This document shows positions 32,619 to 42,714 of a stretch of DNA of 64,000 nucleotides, piece by piece. The first letter of the stretch is position 1; each line of letters begins with the position of its first letter. The position numbers were made by a program, and so were the translations under genes. The notes under the pieces are model-generated. The model had not been told where the DNA came from. It saw nothing but the letters and a program-made list of their open reading frames with translations, and searched no databases. The stretch is from Candidatus Gastranaerophilales bacterium. Lineage in GTDB: Bacteria > Cyanobacteriota > Vampirovibrionia > Gastranaerophilales > Gastranaerophilaceae. The stretch lies in the NCBI GenBank assembly GCA_944323695.1, contig CALUTI010000005.1, positions 53,475-117,474 on the forward strand, given 5' to 3'.

Positions 32619-33469
32619 AAACAGATTTACACATCCATACCTATTATTCGGACGGTGTGTTCTCGCCTGAAAAAATCATTGATACCGCAGTTGACGTGGG
32701 GCTTCAGGCAATAGCAATAACTGATCACGATAATGTTTTGGCATATAATGTAGCGCAAAAGCACATCAAGGAGAAGGGCTTAGAGGATAAAATTGAACTT
32801 ATTCGAGGAATAGAGGTTAATACTTTATATAAAAACCACGAAGTACACATTCTCGGATATTTTATGAATCCCGAAAACAGTGATTTTCAAGCAATGCTTA
32901 AAGCCCAGCAGCAGGCAAGGGTTAAGCAGACAAAAGAAATTCTTGCGCTTCTGGCTAAAAAAGAAGGCATAAAAATAAAATTTGAAGACGTTAAAAAAAT
33001 GGTTGCAGAAGGCGGAAGTATCGGCCGTCCGCATATTGCAAAAGCAATTACAAATGCAGGCGGCACAACAAATGTTATGGATGCATATGCAAAATATATT
33101 CATGACGATTCACCCGTGTATGTCCAGAGAAAAACAGTTTCTCCGCAAGATGCCGTTGAAATTATATATGACGCGGGGGGTGTTCCGGTAATTGCGCATC
33201 CACATGATTTGGATATAGCGGAAACCTTAATAAAAGACCTTATGAATTACGGTTTGCGCGGTATAGAGGCTTATCACAGAAAGCATTCGCCTGCGTGTGT
33301 TGAATATTTTTCATCTATGGCGGAAGAATTGGGCTTGATAGTGACTGGCGGGTCAGATTTTCATACCCCTAATATTATGAACGGGCAAATTATTCTTGGC
33401 AAACATTTTGTGCCGGATTGGGTGTATGATAAATTAGTGAAGGAAAAGAAATTAATAGATATGGCGTAA
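32615..33469 (+). CDS. PHP-domain phosphoesterase (TrpH/YciV-like)
   Basis: DLHIHTYYSDG N-terminal PHP motif and further His clusters (ITDHDN, AHPH). Confidence 0.75.
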   Translation: MKTDLHIHTYYSDGVFSPEKIIDTAVDVGLQAIAITDHDNVLAYNVAQKHIKEKGLEDKIELIRGIEVNTLYKNHEVHILGYFMNPENSDFQAMLKAQQQARVKQTKEILALLAKKEGIKIKFEDVKKMVAEGGSIGRPHIAKAITNAGGTTNVMDAYAKYIHDDSPVYVQRKTVSPQDAVEIIYDAGGVPVIAHPHDLDIAETLIKDLMNYGLRGIEAYHRKHSPACVEYFSSMAEELGLIVTGGSDFHTPNIMNGQIILGKHFVPDWVYDKLVKEKKLIDMA

Positions 33470-33471
33470 AT

Positions 33472-34116
33472 ATGGCAAAGAAAAAATTCTGGAAACTTGA
33501 ATATTCAATTACATTATTTGTTCTTTTAGGACTTATAATGCTTTTTGTGCCGGTAAAGATAGAAAATTATTTTCAGGCAAGTTTGATTTCCAAATGGAAT
33601 GACAGATACAATAAAGTTGCATATATGTTTACGGTAATTAATGCACAAACTGATGATGAGATTCTGAAAAGTTTTGCAGACGCCAAAACAGCTGATCAGC
33701 GTGAAAAATTACTGCTCCAGCTTGTAAAACCGTATCTTAGGATTCACCAGACGGATAAATTCCCAAGACGCTACAGACCAAAATTCATGAATGGCAGCAG
33801 GGTGCCTAAAGACGATTATTATTACTTTAATGAATTGTACTTTGCGGATAACGGAATGCAAGTCGTGGGGATTAAGGATCTTGTAAAACATGAAAATAAT
33901 TCCCCATGGTTTATGATGATGTTTGATATAAACGGTGTTTTGCCGCCCAATATGTGGGGAAAAGATATTTTTGGCATTTATATATTAGATGAAGGCAAAA
34001 TTCGTCCGTTCGGTTATAAAAAAAGTATGGAAGCACTTGCGGAAGACTGCTCCGAAACAGGAAAGGGCGTTGATTGTTCTTATTTTTACAGAATAGGCGG
34101 TGAATTTAATGATTAA
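33472..34116 (+). CDS. hypothetical membrane-anchored protein with pilin-like features
   Basis: N-terminus KKKFWKLEYSITLFVLLGLIML (Glu five residues after the basic stretch). DINGVLPPNMWGKDIFGIYILDEGKIRPFG and a C-terminal Cys pair resemble pseudopilin globular domains. Confidence 0.4.
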   Translation: MAKKKFWKLEYSITLFVLLGLIMLFVPVKIENYFQASLISKWNDRYNKVAYMFTVINAQTDDEILKSFADAKTADQREKLLLQLVKPYLRIHQTDKFPRRYRPKFMNGSRVPKDDYYYFNELYFADNGMQVVGIKDLVKHENNSPWFMMMFDINGVLPPNMWGKDIFGIYILDEGKIRPFGYKKSMEALAEDCSETGKGVDCSYFYRIGGEFND

Positions 34117-34696
34117 AAGGATTTGTGTATTTGCGTCATCTTCAAATTTCTTAGCTCCGATATATTATAAAGATGCTGCGGAGCTTGGCAGACTTATTGC
34201 CGAGAACGGATACGATATGGTATATGGCGGAAGTAATCTGGGTTTAATGTGGGCTTGTGCCGGTGCTGCAAAAGCTCATGGCGCAAAACTTACAGGTGTA
34301 ATGCCGGAAAAACTTCAAAGTATGGGCGTGTTCACCGATGGCTGTGATGAATTTATTGTTACAGAAGGTATGCGTGAGCGTAAAGCCAAAATCGACAGTA
34401 TATCGGATGCTGTTGTGGCGCTTGCCGGCGGTTTCGGAACCCTTGAGGAGCTTTCGGAAATGATTGTCCAAAAGCAGCTTGGTTACAACAAAAAGCCTAT
34501 CGTAATTTTGAATACAAACGGATTTTATAATAAATTGAACGACTTTTTTGAAGAAGTTATTGAACAGAAATTCGCAAACAAAAATGTGAGAAGCCTCTAT
34601 TACCTTGCAAATACCCCTCAAGAGGTAATTGATTACCTGAAAACCTACAAGCCCTCTGAGCTTAACGTTGATAAAAACGCTATTTATGCAAGATAG
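34100..34696 (+). CDS. LOG-family (TIGR00730) nucleotide phosphoribohydrolase
   Basis: GGSNLGLMWA and ALAGGFGTLEELSE motifs are typical of LOG proteins. Confidence 0.8.
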   Translation: MNLMIKRICVFASSSNFLAPIYYKDAAELGRLIAENGYDMVYGGSNLGLMWACAGAAKAHGAKLTGVMPEKLQSMGVFTDGCDEFIVTEGMRERKAKIDSISDAVVALAGGFGTLEELSEMIVQKQLGYNKKPIVILNTNGFYNKLNDFFEEVIEQKFANKNVRSLYYLANTPQEVIDYLKTYKPSELNVDKNAIYAR

Positions 34697-34758
34697 TTAT
34701 AATTTTTAGATTAATTTAAACTTTTATGCTATAATTATCGTACGATAAGGAGAAAGCA

Positions 34759-36201
34759 ATGGAAAATTTGAGAGATAAGTATGAAGTAGTAATTGGTTTG
34801 GAAGTTCACGCACAGTTAAAGACCAAATCAAAGATATTTGCGCCTGACGGCACAGAATTCGGTAAAGAACAAAATACGGAAATCAGCCCGATTACGCTTG
34901 GAATGCCGGGCGTGTTGCCTGTTTTGAATAAAGAAGCCGTTAATATGGGAATTTTAACAGGGCTTGCCTTGAATTGTGAAATTCCTGCACGCTGCAAATT
35001 CGACAGAAAACAATACTTCTACCCTGACTTGCCGAAGGGTTATCAAATCTCTCAATATGATGAGCCGATTTGTATAAACGGTCACATTGATATCAATGGC
35101 AAAAGAATCGGAATTACACGTGCGCATTTGGAAGAAGACGCAGGAAAACTTGTTCACGCAGGCGCTGACGGACTTGCAGGCTCAAGCTATTCACTTGTTG
35201 ACCTTAACCGTGCAGGCACGCCGCTTTTGGAAATTGTATCAGAGCCTGATATGAGAAGTTCAGACGAGGCAAGAGCTTATATGGAAGAATTGCGCAACAT
35301 AGTCAGATACATCGGTGTATGTGACGGCAACCTTGAAGAAGGCTCTATGCGCTGTGACGCCAATATTTCTATTATGCCGAAAGGGTCTAAAGAATTCGGC
35401 ACCCGTGCTGAAATTAAGAACGTAAACAGCTTTTCAGCACTTCAAAGAGCTATTGAATACGAAATCGACAGACAAATTGAAATTGTTGAAGAAGGCGGAA
35501 AAGTAGTTCAGGAAACAAGATTATGGGACGATAATTCACGCGAAACACGTTCAATGCGCGGTAAAGAAGATGCACACGATTACAGATATTTCCCGGAACC
35601 TGATCTTATGCCGCTGGAAATCTCCAGAGAATGGGTTGAAGAAATCAGATCCAAAATGCCCGAATTACCGTCTGCAAAACGTAAACGCTACATGGATTTG
35701 GGCTTGAGCGAGTACGACGCAAACGTAATAGTTGAACAGATGGGACTTGCATTGTTCTTTGATGAAGTTTTAAAACTCGGTGCAACCCCGAAAGTTGCCG
35801 TAAACTTTATTATGGGCGAAATTGCGGCTTACTTGAAAGAAGAAAAGCTCGAAATTAATGAAACTAAATTGACTCCGGAAAATTTGGCTGAATTGATTTC
35901 ATTAATTGAAAAAGGCACTATTTCTAACAATATCGGTAAACAAATTATCTTTGATATGATGAAAGAAGGCAAAAAAGCCTCTCAAATTGTTGAAGAAAGA
36001 GGATTAAGCCAGATTACGGATGAAGGTGCAATCAAAGAAATTGTCCAAAAGGTTGTAGACGCAAATCCGGATCAGGTAACAGCTTACAGAAACGGTAAAG
36101 TTCAGCTTTTAGGATTCTTTGTCGGTCAGGTTATGAAAGAAACCAAAGGTCGAGCTAATCCGAAATCCGTTAATGAATTGTTAAAAGAAATCTTAGGATA
36201 G
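34759..36201 (+). CDS. gatB: Asp-tRNA(Asn)/Glu-tRNA(Gln) amidotransferase subunit B
   Basis: Full-length GatB-like sequence (IGLEVHAQL, RCDANIS, C-terminal GatB/YqeY domain). Confidence 0.9.
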   Translation: MENLRDKYEVVIGLEVHAQLKTKSKIFAPDGTEFGKEQNTEISPITLGMPGVLPVLNKEAVNMGILTGLALNCEIPARCKFDRKQYFYPDLPKGYQISQYDEPICINGHIDINGKRIGITRAHLEEDAGKLVHAGADGLAGSSYSLVDLNRAGTPLLEIVSEPDMRSSDEARAYMEELRNIVRYIGVCDGNLEEGSMRCDANISIMPKGSKEFGTRAEIKNVNSFSALQRAIEYEIDRQIEIVEEGGKVVQETRLWDDNSRETRSMRGKEDAHDYRYFPEPDLMPLEISREWVEEIRSKMPELPSAKRKRYMDLGLSEYDANVIVEQMGLALFFDEVLKLGATPKVAVNFIMGEIAAYLKEEKLEINETKLTPENLAELISLIEKGTISNNIGKQIIFDMMKEGKKASQIVEERGLSQITDEGAIKEIVQKVVDANPDQVTAYRNGKVQLLGFFVGQVMKETKGRANPKSVNELLKEILG

Positions 36202-36225
36202 GCAAAGTCCGCACAGAAGGTAGAT

Positions 36226-37281
36226 ATGTTTTTCAAAAAAAGAAAAAGCAGTATGGAACGCGAGATTTTTGAACAGTCAGAAATCTTGGAACACCTTGTT
36301 AATACTTATATTGGCGATAACGAAGAAATTCTTATTGATGTGCCGCAGGGAATTGAGCAGGTTGTCTTTGTTGCAAGCGGCTCTTCATATCATTGCGCAA
36401 GATACGGTGCGGATGTTTTCGGCAGTATTGCAAATATTGAAGCTCGTGCAATTTATTCCAGCGAATTTCTGCTCAAGGCTGTTATTCCGCATGCGGAAAA
36501 TATGCTTTATATCTTCATAACTCAATCCGGCGAAACCTCTGATACAAACAAAGCTTTGATAAAAGCAAAACAATCAGGTGTAAGAACTTTATGTATCACT
36601 AATAAAGAGGATTCCACCATCTGGAATGCTTCTGATTATAAGGTTTGCTGTCATGCAGGTGTTGAAAGAAGCATTGCCGCAACTAAATCTTTAACCTCCC
36701 AGATGATGTGCGTAACCCTTCTTGCGCTTAAATTCGCCAAACTCAAAGGGCTGGAGGTTGAAAATTATATAAATGAAATTATATCAATTCCGCGATATAT
36801 TGATAAAACCTATGAATTACGCCCGAAAATAAAATCGCTCGGAAGATTTGTTTCCAAATATAAAAATATTGTTGTTTGTGCTGACGGAATATCCTATGCG
36901 CTTGCAAAAGAAGCTGCATTGAAGATTAAAGAAACATCTTATTTGAATGTAACTTCTCATATTCTGGGTGAATTTATGCACGGGCATGTAGCGGTTTTGA
37001 ACAACAAAGCTGTGCTCATTTATATTCTCGTGGACGACTTGAGCTACATTGCAACAAAAAATTTGAATAAGATTAAGGAAGAATATCACCCGCCGATTTG
37101 TATTTTAGGCAACAAAAACGTAAAAATAAATTCAACATTCAACATAAACATCGACTGCGAAAGCAAAATCGTCAAATATTTTTGTGTGGCTGTAATGATT
37201 CAGCTTTTAGCGCTGGAAGTTGCCCTGAAGCTTCACAGAAATGTCGATAAGCCCCATGGTTTGAATAAGGTGGTTAAGTAA
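36226..37281 (+). CDS. SIS-domain sugar-phosphate isomerase/aminotransferase-like protein (GlmS isomerase half, no glutaminase domain)
   Basis: Two SIS repeats with FVASGSSYH and ITQSGETSD motifs. Confidence 0.65.
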   Translation: MFFKKRKSSMEREIFEQSEILEHLVNTYIGDNEEILIDVPQGIEQVVFVASGSSYHCARYGADVFGSIANIEARAIYSSEFLLKAVIPHAENMLYIFITQSGETSDTNKALIKAKQSGVRTLCITNKEDSTIWNASDYKVCCHAGVERSIAATKSLTSQMMCVTLLALKFAKLKGLEVENYINEIISIPRYIDKTYELRPKIKSLGRFVSKYKNIVVCADGISYALAKEAALKIKETSYLNVTSHILGEFMHGHVAVLNNKAVLIYILVDDLSYIATKNLNKIKEEYHPPICILGNKNVKINSTFNINIDCESKIVKYFCVAVMIQLLALEVALKLHRNVDKPHGLNKVVK

Positions 37282-37302
37282 TAAAGTTTGTGTGCAAAGA
37301 AG

Positions 37303-37383
37303 CCAATACCATATAATTATTTTCTCGACGACGCTCCCGCCTCCGGCTCCGCTATTGTCTCGAAAACAATTATATGGTATTGG
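37303..37383 (+). repeat. conserved-loop / variable-stem hairpin, copy 2 (between convergent genes)
   Basis: Arms CCAATACCATATAATT (37303-37318) and AATTATATGGTATTGG (37368-37383), 16/16, extendable by 5 bp. The 37-nt loop differs from copy 1 at one base. Confidence 0.9.
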
Positions 37384-37400
37384 TTAGTATTTTACCATAG

Positions 37401-38435
37401 TTAAAACTGTTCCAAAAATCTTACATCATCGTTGAAGAATAATCGGATGTCGTCGATTGCATATTTCAGCATTGCAAGTCTTTCCACTCCCATGCCAAAT
37501 GCAAAACCGGTATAAACATCAGGATCAATTCCCACGCCTCTTAATACATTCGGATCAACCATGCCGCAGCCTAGAACCTCCAGCCAGCCTGTGCCGGAAC
37601 ATGTTCTGCAGCCCTTGCCTTCGCACATAATACATTGAACATCTACTTCTGCAGAAGGTTCCGTAAACGGGAAAAAGCTGCTTCTGAATCTTGTAGGACG
37701 GCTTGCCCCAAAATATACCCTGATAAATTCGTTTAAAACACCTTTTAAGTCGCCGAAGGTTATGTCTTTGTCAACGTATAATCCTTCAATTTGGTGGAAA
37801 AAGTTGTTTTTGCGGGCGTTTATGTTTTCGTTTCTGTAAACTCTGCCCGGAGAAATAACTCTTATCGGAGGATTTTTACCTTCCATGGCATGGATTTGTG
37901 CGCCTGAAGTTTGGCTTCTTAATACAACATTTTTCGCTAATTTTGTATAGAAAGTATCCTGAACGTCACGTGCCGGGTGGTCTTTTGGTACATTCAACAT
38001 ATCAAAGTTGTAGTATTCGGTCTCAACTTCCGGTGACAATTCGTCAGGTACTACTGAAAATCCTAAGTTCTGGAAAATAGATACAATTTCATTTGTGGTT
38101 GAGGTTATGGGATGAGTGTGCCCGAAGGAGGTGAATTTTCCTGGCAAGGTTACATCAAGTCTTTCTTTTTGAAGCTTTTCATTCAGCTCTTTTTTATAAA
38201 ATTCATCATATTTACTTTTTAACGCTGATTCAAGTTTCTGGGTAATTTCATTTGCAAGAGAGCCGATTATTCTTTTGTCAGCATCGGATAAATCCTTTAA
38301 GCCTTTTTTAATTTCGTTAAATTCGCCTTTTCTGCTTAAATATTTTCCTCTGATTTCTTCAATATCATTGATTGAAGAAGCTTTTTCAAGGTCTTGTGTT
38401 GCGTTTTTGTAAATATTTTCCAGTTGAGTTTTCAT
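37401..38435 (-). CDS. pheS: phenylalanine--tRNA ligase alpha subunit
   Basis: Class II aaRS motifs (FRSSFFPFTEPSAEVD, GFAFGMGVERL). Confidence 0.9.
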   Translation of the reverse strand: MKTQLENIYKNATQDLEKASSINDIEEIRGKYLSRKGEFNEIKKGLKDLSDADKRIIGSLANEITQKLESALKSKYDEFYKKELNEKLQKERLDVTLPGKFTSFGHTHPITSTTNEIVSIFQNLGFSVVPDELSPEVETEYYNFDMLNVPKDHPARDVQDTFYTKLAKNVVLRSQTSGAQIHAMEGKNPPIRVISPGRVYRNENINARKNNFFHQIEGLYVDKDITFGDLKGVLNEFIRVYFGASRPTRFRSSFFPFTEPSAEVDVQCIMCEGKGCRTCSGTGWLEVLGCGMVDPNVLRGVGIDPDVYTGFAFGMGVERLAMLKYAIDDIRLFFNDDVRFLEQF

Positions 38436-38445
38436 ATCATCCCTC

Positions 38446-39051
38446 TTATATTATTTCGTTATATTTTTTTTCGTAACCTATGGTTGTTTCCGGCCCATGC
38501 CCCGGATAAACAACGGTATTTTCATCCATAGTAAAAAGTTTATTTTTTACGCTGTCAGAAAGCTTTTGGAAATTTCCGCCCGGCAGGTCGCATCTTCCGA
38601 CAGTATCTTTAAATAAAGTATCTCCCGAAAACAGCTTTCCGTCAATAAGATAGCACATACCGCCTTCTGTATGACCGGGGGTTGCTATAGCTTTTATCGT
38701 GGTATTGCCGAATTTAACGGTGTCTCCGTCATTAATATATTCATCTGCTTTTGGAGTTTCAACACCCTGTACGCCAAATGTCTGCATAATTTGTGCTGAT
38801 TCTTCCATTCTTTGAATATCGTTTTGATTAACAAGCACTTTTGCACCTGTTTTTTCTCTCATTCCGTTCACCCCGAGCACGTGGTCAAAGTGTCCGTGAG
38901 TAAGTAATATATATTTTAATTTTTTGCCATCCAATTCTTTTAAAATTTCAGGTTTAACTTCAGAGCAGTCAATCAGAACTGCTTCATCACCGTCTGTTAA
39001 AAGATAATTGTTGGCATCAATCGGCCCTGCCGTAAATATTTCTATATTCAT
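38446..39051 (-). CDS. MBL-fold metallo-hydrolase
   Basis: LTHGHFDH metal-binding motif; about 200 aa. Confidence 0.8.
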   Translation of the reverse strand: MNIEIFTAGPIDANNYLLTDGDEAVLIDCSEVKPEILKELDGKKLKYILLTHGHFDHVLGVNGMREKTGAKVLVNQNDIQRMEESAQIMQTFGVQGVETPKADEYINDGDTVKFGNTTIKAIATPGHTEGGMCYLIDGKLFSGDTLFKDTVGRCDLPGGNFQKLSDSVKNKLFTMDENTVVYPGHGPETTIGYEKKYNEII

Positions 39052-39872
39052 TTTCTCACAATCTCAAAAATATCTTTACAGTGTCTGAAAAGTTCTTCGG
39101 CATTTTTTAATGCAATCATATTCGGTCCGTCGCACAAAGCTTTATCAGGTTCCGGATGAACTTCAAAAAATAACGCATTAGCACCTGCTGCCATAGCGGC
39201 TTTTGCAAGCGGAGGAACAAATCTTCTGTCTCCGCCGGAGCTTGTTCCGTTTGCCCCCGGAAGCTGTACGCTGTGGGTTGCATCAAATACAACGGGATAT
39301 CCGAATTCCTGCATTATTGAAATTGCCCTGAAGTCAACAACCAGATTGTTGTAACCAAAGGATGTGCCTCTGTCGGTCAACAAAATATTGTTGTTACCTG
39401 AATCTTCAACTTTTTTGACAAGAGGTCCCATTTGTTCGGGAGCCAAAAATTGACCTTTTTTAATGTTTACGATTTTACCTGTTTTGGCAGCCGCAACAAG
39501 CAAATCAGTTTGTCTGCATAAAAATGCCGGAATTTGTAAAATGTCTGCGACTTCGCCCACGGGTTCTGCCTGATCAGGTGTATGAATATCCGTAACTATA
39601 GGAATATCATACTTTGTCTTGATGGTTTGAAGCATTTCAAGACCTTTTTCAAGCCCCGGACCGCGGTATGAATTTATTGATGAGCGGTTTGCTTTGTCAA
39701 AAGATGATTTGAATACAAAATTAATATCTAATTTTTTTGTAATTTCTTTTAAACCTTTTGCTGTTTCGTCTAAAATTTCCATGCTTTCTGCAGCACAAGG
39801 ACCGGCAAATATTGTAAGTTTATCCCCGCCTATTTCAAAATCCCTTAATTTTAATTTCTTTATTATTTCCAT
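39048..39872 (-). CDS. kdsA: 3-deoxy-8-phosphooctulonate (KDO8P) synthase
   Basis: FAGPCAAES, FKSSFDKANRSS and DATHSVQLPG motifs. Confidence 0.88.
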   Translation of the reverse strand: MEIIKKLKLRDFEIGGDKLTIFAGPCAAESMEILDETAKGLKEITKKLDINFVFKSSFDKANRSSINSYRGPGLEKGLEMLQTIKTKYDIPIVTDIHTPDQAEPVGEVADILQIPAFLCRQTDLLVAAAKTGKIVNIKKGQFLAPEQMGPLVKKVEDSGNNNILLTDRGTSFGYNNLVVDFRAISIMQEFGYPVVFDATHSVQLPGANGTSSGGDRRFVPPLAKAAMAAGANALFFEVHPEPDKALCDGPNMIALKNAEELFRHCKDIFEIVRK

Positions 39873-39984
39873 AACTCTATTATATTAAAAATATGGTTTT
39901 ATTACAAGATTTTTTGTTCAGCTGAAAATATTGTTAATTGCAAAGGTTTATGATTTATGATATTATAACTTTCAGGAGAGAGTG

Positions 39985-41199
39985 ATGGATAAGAAAATTT
40001 TTAATTTAAAAAATAATATTGAAGTTTTATATAAGCGTAATAGAAACACCCCGCGAGTTGCGTTGTGTTTTAATTTATCCTTGAATGATCCGGTTCCGAA
40101 CCCGGGCGATTACACTTTGATGACAAGATTGTTTATGCAGGGAACAAAAAACAGATCTGCCGAACAGCTTGCAGAAGAACTCGACAGATATGCTATTGAA
40201 TTTTCCAGTGAATTAAAACTGGATTATCTGAAATTGAAATTTGTGTGCCTTAATGAAGATTTTGATAAAGCGCTTGAGATTTTTGAAGATATTATAAAAA
40301 ATACTACTTTTGAAGATTTTGAAAAAGAAAAAATTAAGCTTGCCGGTGAAATTCAAGCACAGTTGGATTCTCCAAGAGCAAAAGTGGTGGATAATTTTTA
40401 TAAAAATTTATACACAAATCATCATTATGGTTATACAAATACCGTTATCTTTGATAACCTTGATAATGTCGCAAAAGAGGATGTGTTACGAGGTTATGAT
40501 ACATTTATTAATAACAGCAAAAAGGTAATTGCGTTTGTAGGTGATCTTGAATTTGAAGATGTTCAAAATAAGCTTAATGAACATTTTGGTGATTTGCCGC
40601 ATTCAATAACAGAGCTTCCAGCAATTAAACCGCCTGTTTTGAATGAAGCGAAGACCGTTGAAATTATAAAACCCGATGCAAATCAGGCTCATATTATTCA
40701 AGGCTGGCTGGTGGAAACAGCAAGCCAAAATGATTATCCCGTCCTTGCTTTGATGAATATTATTCTCGGTGCATCCGGTTTATCTTCAAGATTGTTTTTG
40801 GAATTAAGAGATAAAAAAGGACTTGCTTATGTTGTAAGAAGTTCTTATGATGTTGCAAGGCTATGTGCTAATTTTTCAATCTATATTGCAACTGAACCTA
40901 ACAATATAGTTGTTTCTTTAAAAGGTTTTCAAGAAGAAATCGATAAAATTAAAAATGAATTGGTGTCTGAGGAAGAACTTTCCAATGCTAAAAATAACCT
41001 TATAGGTAAGTGGGCGTTTTCTCAAGAAGATAATAACCAGCAGGCTGCAACTTATGCCCACTATGCTATAACAGGTTTGGGGTTTGATTTTAATGAATCT
41101 GCGAAAGAAAAAATCAAAGCAGTTACGCCTGAGCAGATTAAAGAATGTGCAAACAAATATTTTAATGAAAAATATGTTGTTTCAATAATTAAGCCTTAA
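39985..41199 (+). CDS. M16-family (pitrilysin-like) peptidase, probably a non-catalytic subunit
   Basis: M16 fold-like length and sequence, with no HxxEH zinc motif seen. AGGAG lies 6 nt before the ATG at 39985. Confidence 0.6.
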   Translation: MDKKIFNLKNNIEVLYKRNRNTPRVALCFNLSLNDPVPNPGDYTLMTRLFMQGTKNRSAEQLAEELDRYAIEFSSELKLDYLKLKFVCLNEDFDKALEIFEDIIKNTTFEDFEKEKIKLAGEIQAQLDSPRAKVVDNFYKNLYTNHHYGYTNTVIFDNLDNVAKEDVLRGYDTFINNSKKVIAFVGDLEFEDVQNKLNEHFGDLPHSITELPAIKPPVLNEAKTVEIIKPDANQAHIIQGWLVETASQNDYPVLALMNIILGASGLSSRLFLELRDKKGLAYVVRSSYDVARLCANFSIYIATEPNNIVVSLKGFQEEIDKIKNELVSEEELSNAKNNLIGKWAFSQEDNNQQAATYAHYAITGLGFDFNESAKEKIKAVTPEQIKECANKYFNEKYVVSIIKP

Positions 41200-41247
41200 C
41201 CTTGTCAGGGGATTATTTTAGCAATTTAATGCAGAATAATAATTTTG

Positions 41248-41784
41248 ATGAGATTTCTCAAAATTATTACAATCTTTATATGTCTTACATTCGGAGTATT
41301 ATATGCTCCGATTGTTTATGCTGAGTATGATGTCGCTGAGATGAAACGAATTGAAGAACTTTTTAAAACTACTGTCAAACCCGGTGGCGCAATGTATTTT
41401 ACGTATGTCCCCAGAGGCCTGATAATAAGTATTGATGAAAACGTATTTTTTAATGAGGCTCAGGAAAAGATTAAGAAAGAGGGGGTGTGTGTCTTAAATG
41501 AGATAGGTGCGGTGTTGGCGCAAACAAAAAAATCCTGTGTAATAGAAGGACACACCGAAGATGCTGATCCAAATTTGTCAAGCTACAAAGAAAATTGGGA
41601 GCTTTCACTTGCACGTGCTCACAGTATTACCATGTATTTAATGCGTTATTTGAAAATTTCGCCGGAAAGGCTTTATTGCATAGGTTACGGAGAATTTATG
41701 CCTTACGTGGACAGTGTTTCTAAAGATGCAAAAATGAATAACAGAATTGATTTTGTCATAATCGATTATGAGGCAGAGCGCTAA
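41248..41784 (+). CDS. OmpA/MotB-like peptidoglycan-binding domain protein
   Basis: Signal-like N-terminus. The C-terminal EGHTEDAD...NWELSLARAHSI...NRIDFVI pattern is OmpA_C-like. Confidence 0.65.
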   Translation: MRFLKIITIFICLTFGVLYAPIVYAEYDVAEMKRIEELFKTTVKPGGAMYFTYVPRGLIISIDENVFFNEAQEKIKKEGVCVLNEIGAVLAQTKKSCVIEGHTEDADPNLSSYKENWELSLARAHSITMYLMRYLKISPERLYCIGYGEFMPYVDSVSKDAKMNNRIDFVIIDYEAER

Positions 41785-42608
41785 GCAACTATTGACTGGC
41801 GCAAACGGTTTGAACGATTTTCGCTGAGGATGTTTTTCAATTTCATAATTGCCTGGGCATGTAATTGGCATACACGAGATTCTGACATGCTGATTGTTTC
41901 GCCGATTTCTTTAAGTGTCATGTTTTCCTGATAGTAAAGAACCATTATAATGCGTTCTCTTTCCGGTAATCTCATTAATGCCCTCTCCAATTCCTGTTTA
42001 ACATTATTTTCTTCTGCATTTTCCTGCGGGTTAAGTTTATTTGTATCCTGAATTGTGTCTATTATCTCTACACTGTCTTCCGCATTGCCCTTTTTATCAT
42101 AAAGTGATGTTATTGTGACATCTTCCGATAAAAGTTGGTTAACTTTTTCAGGATCCATGTCAACTCTGTTTGCAATTTCCGTAGTTGTCGGCGTACGACC
42201 GAGTTCTTGTTTTAAGCTTTCTTGTGCTTCTTTTAAAGCTTTGATTTTTTGTCTTACGCTTCTTGGCAAAAAGTCTTGAGAACGAATTTTATCAAGGATT
42301 GCGCCTCTGATTCTTATAAGTGCGTAAGTTTCAAATCTGGTATTTTTTTGCGGGGAGTATCTTTCGATAGCGTTTATAAGTCCTTCAACCCCGTAGCCTG
42401 CTATATCTTCAATAGAAATTGTAGACGGTAATGTTACTCTGACTCTTCCCACAACATAGCGGATTAAATAAATATATTGCACAATTAACGCATCACGGGA
42501 AGCTTTATCGCTTTTGTCTGCAAGGTATTTCTCCCAAAGCTTTGTAAGTTCTTCTTCCGATAAGCGTTTGATGTTATTATACGATGTAAAATCGAAATCT
42601 TGACTCAT
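41781..42608 (-). CDS. fliA: RNA polymerase sigma-28 factor (FliA/WhiG family)
   Basis: Sigma70 regions 2-4 (YLIRYVVGRV; LKEIGETISMSESRVCQLHAQA); size and flagellar neighbourhood. The ATG at 42608 is preferred over the upstream TTG. Confidence 0.75.
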   Translation of the reverse strand: MSQDFDFTSYNNIKRLSEEELTKLWEKYLADKSDKASRDALIVQYIYLIRYVVGRVRVTLPSTISIEDIAGYGVEGLINAIERYSPQKNTRFETYALIRIRGAILDKIRSQDFLPRSVRQKIKALKEAQESLKQELGRTPTTTEIANRVDMDPEKVNQLLSEDVTITSLYDKKGNAEDSVEIIDTIQDTNKLNPQENAEENNVKQELERALMRLPERERIIMVLYYQENMTLKEIGETISMSESRVCQLHAQAIMKLKNILSENRSNRLRQSIVA

Positions 42609-42714
42609 TAATCCGCCCAAATATTGTTCAATATATTTCTATTCTATACAATATAGGGTCTGCTACATCAACTAAAAAGAGGAATTAATTAAAATATCAT
42701 TAAAGTGATGTAGA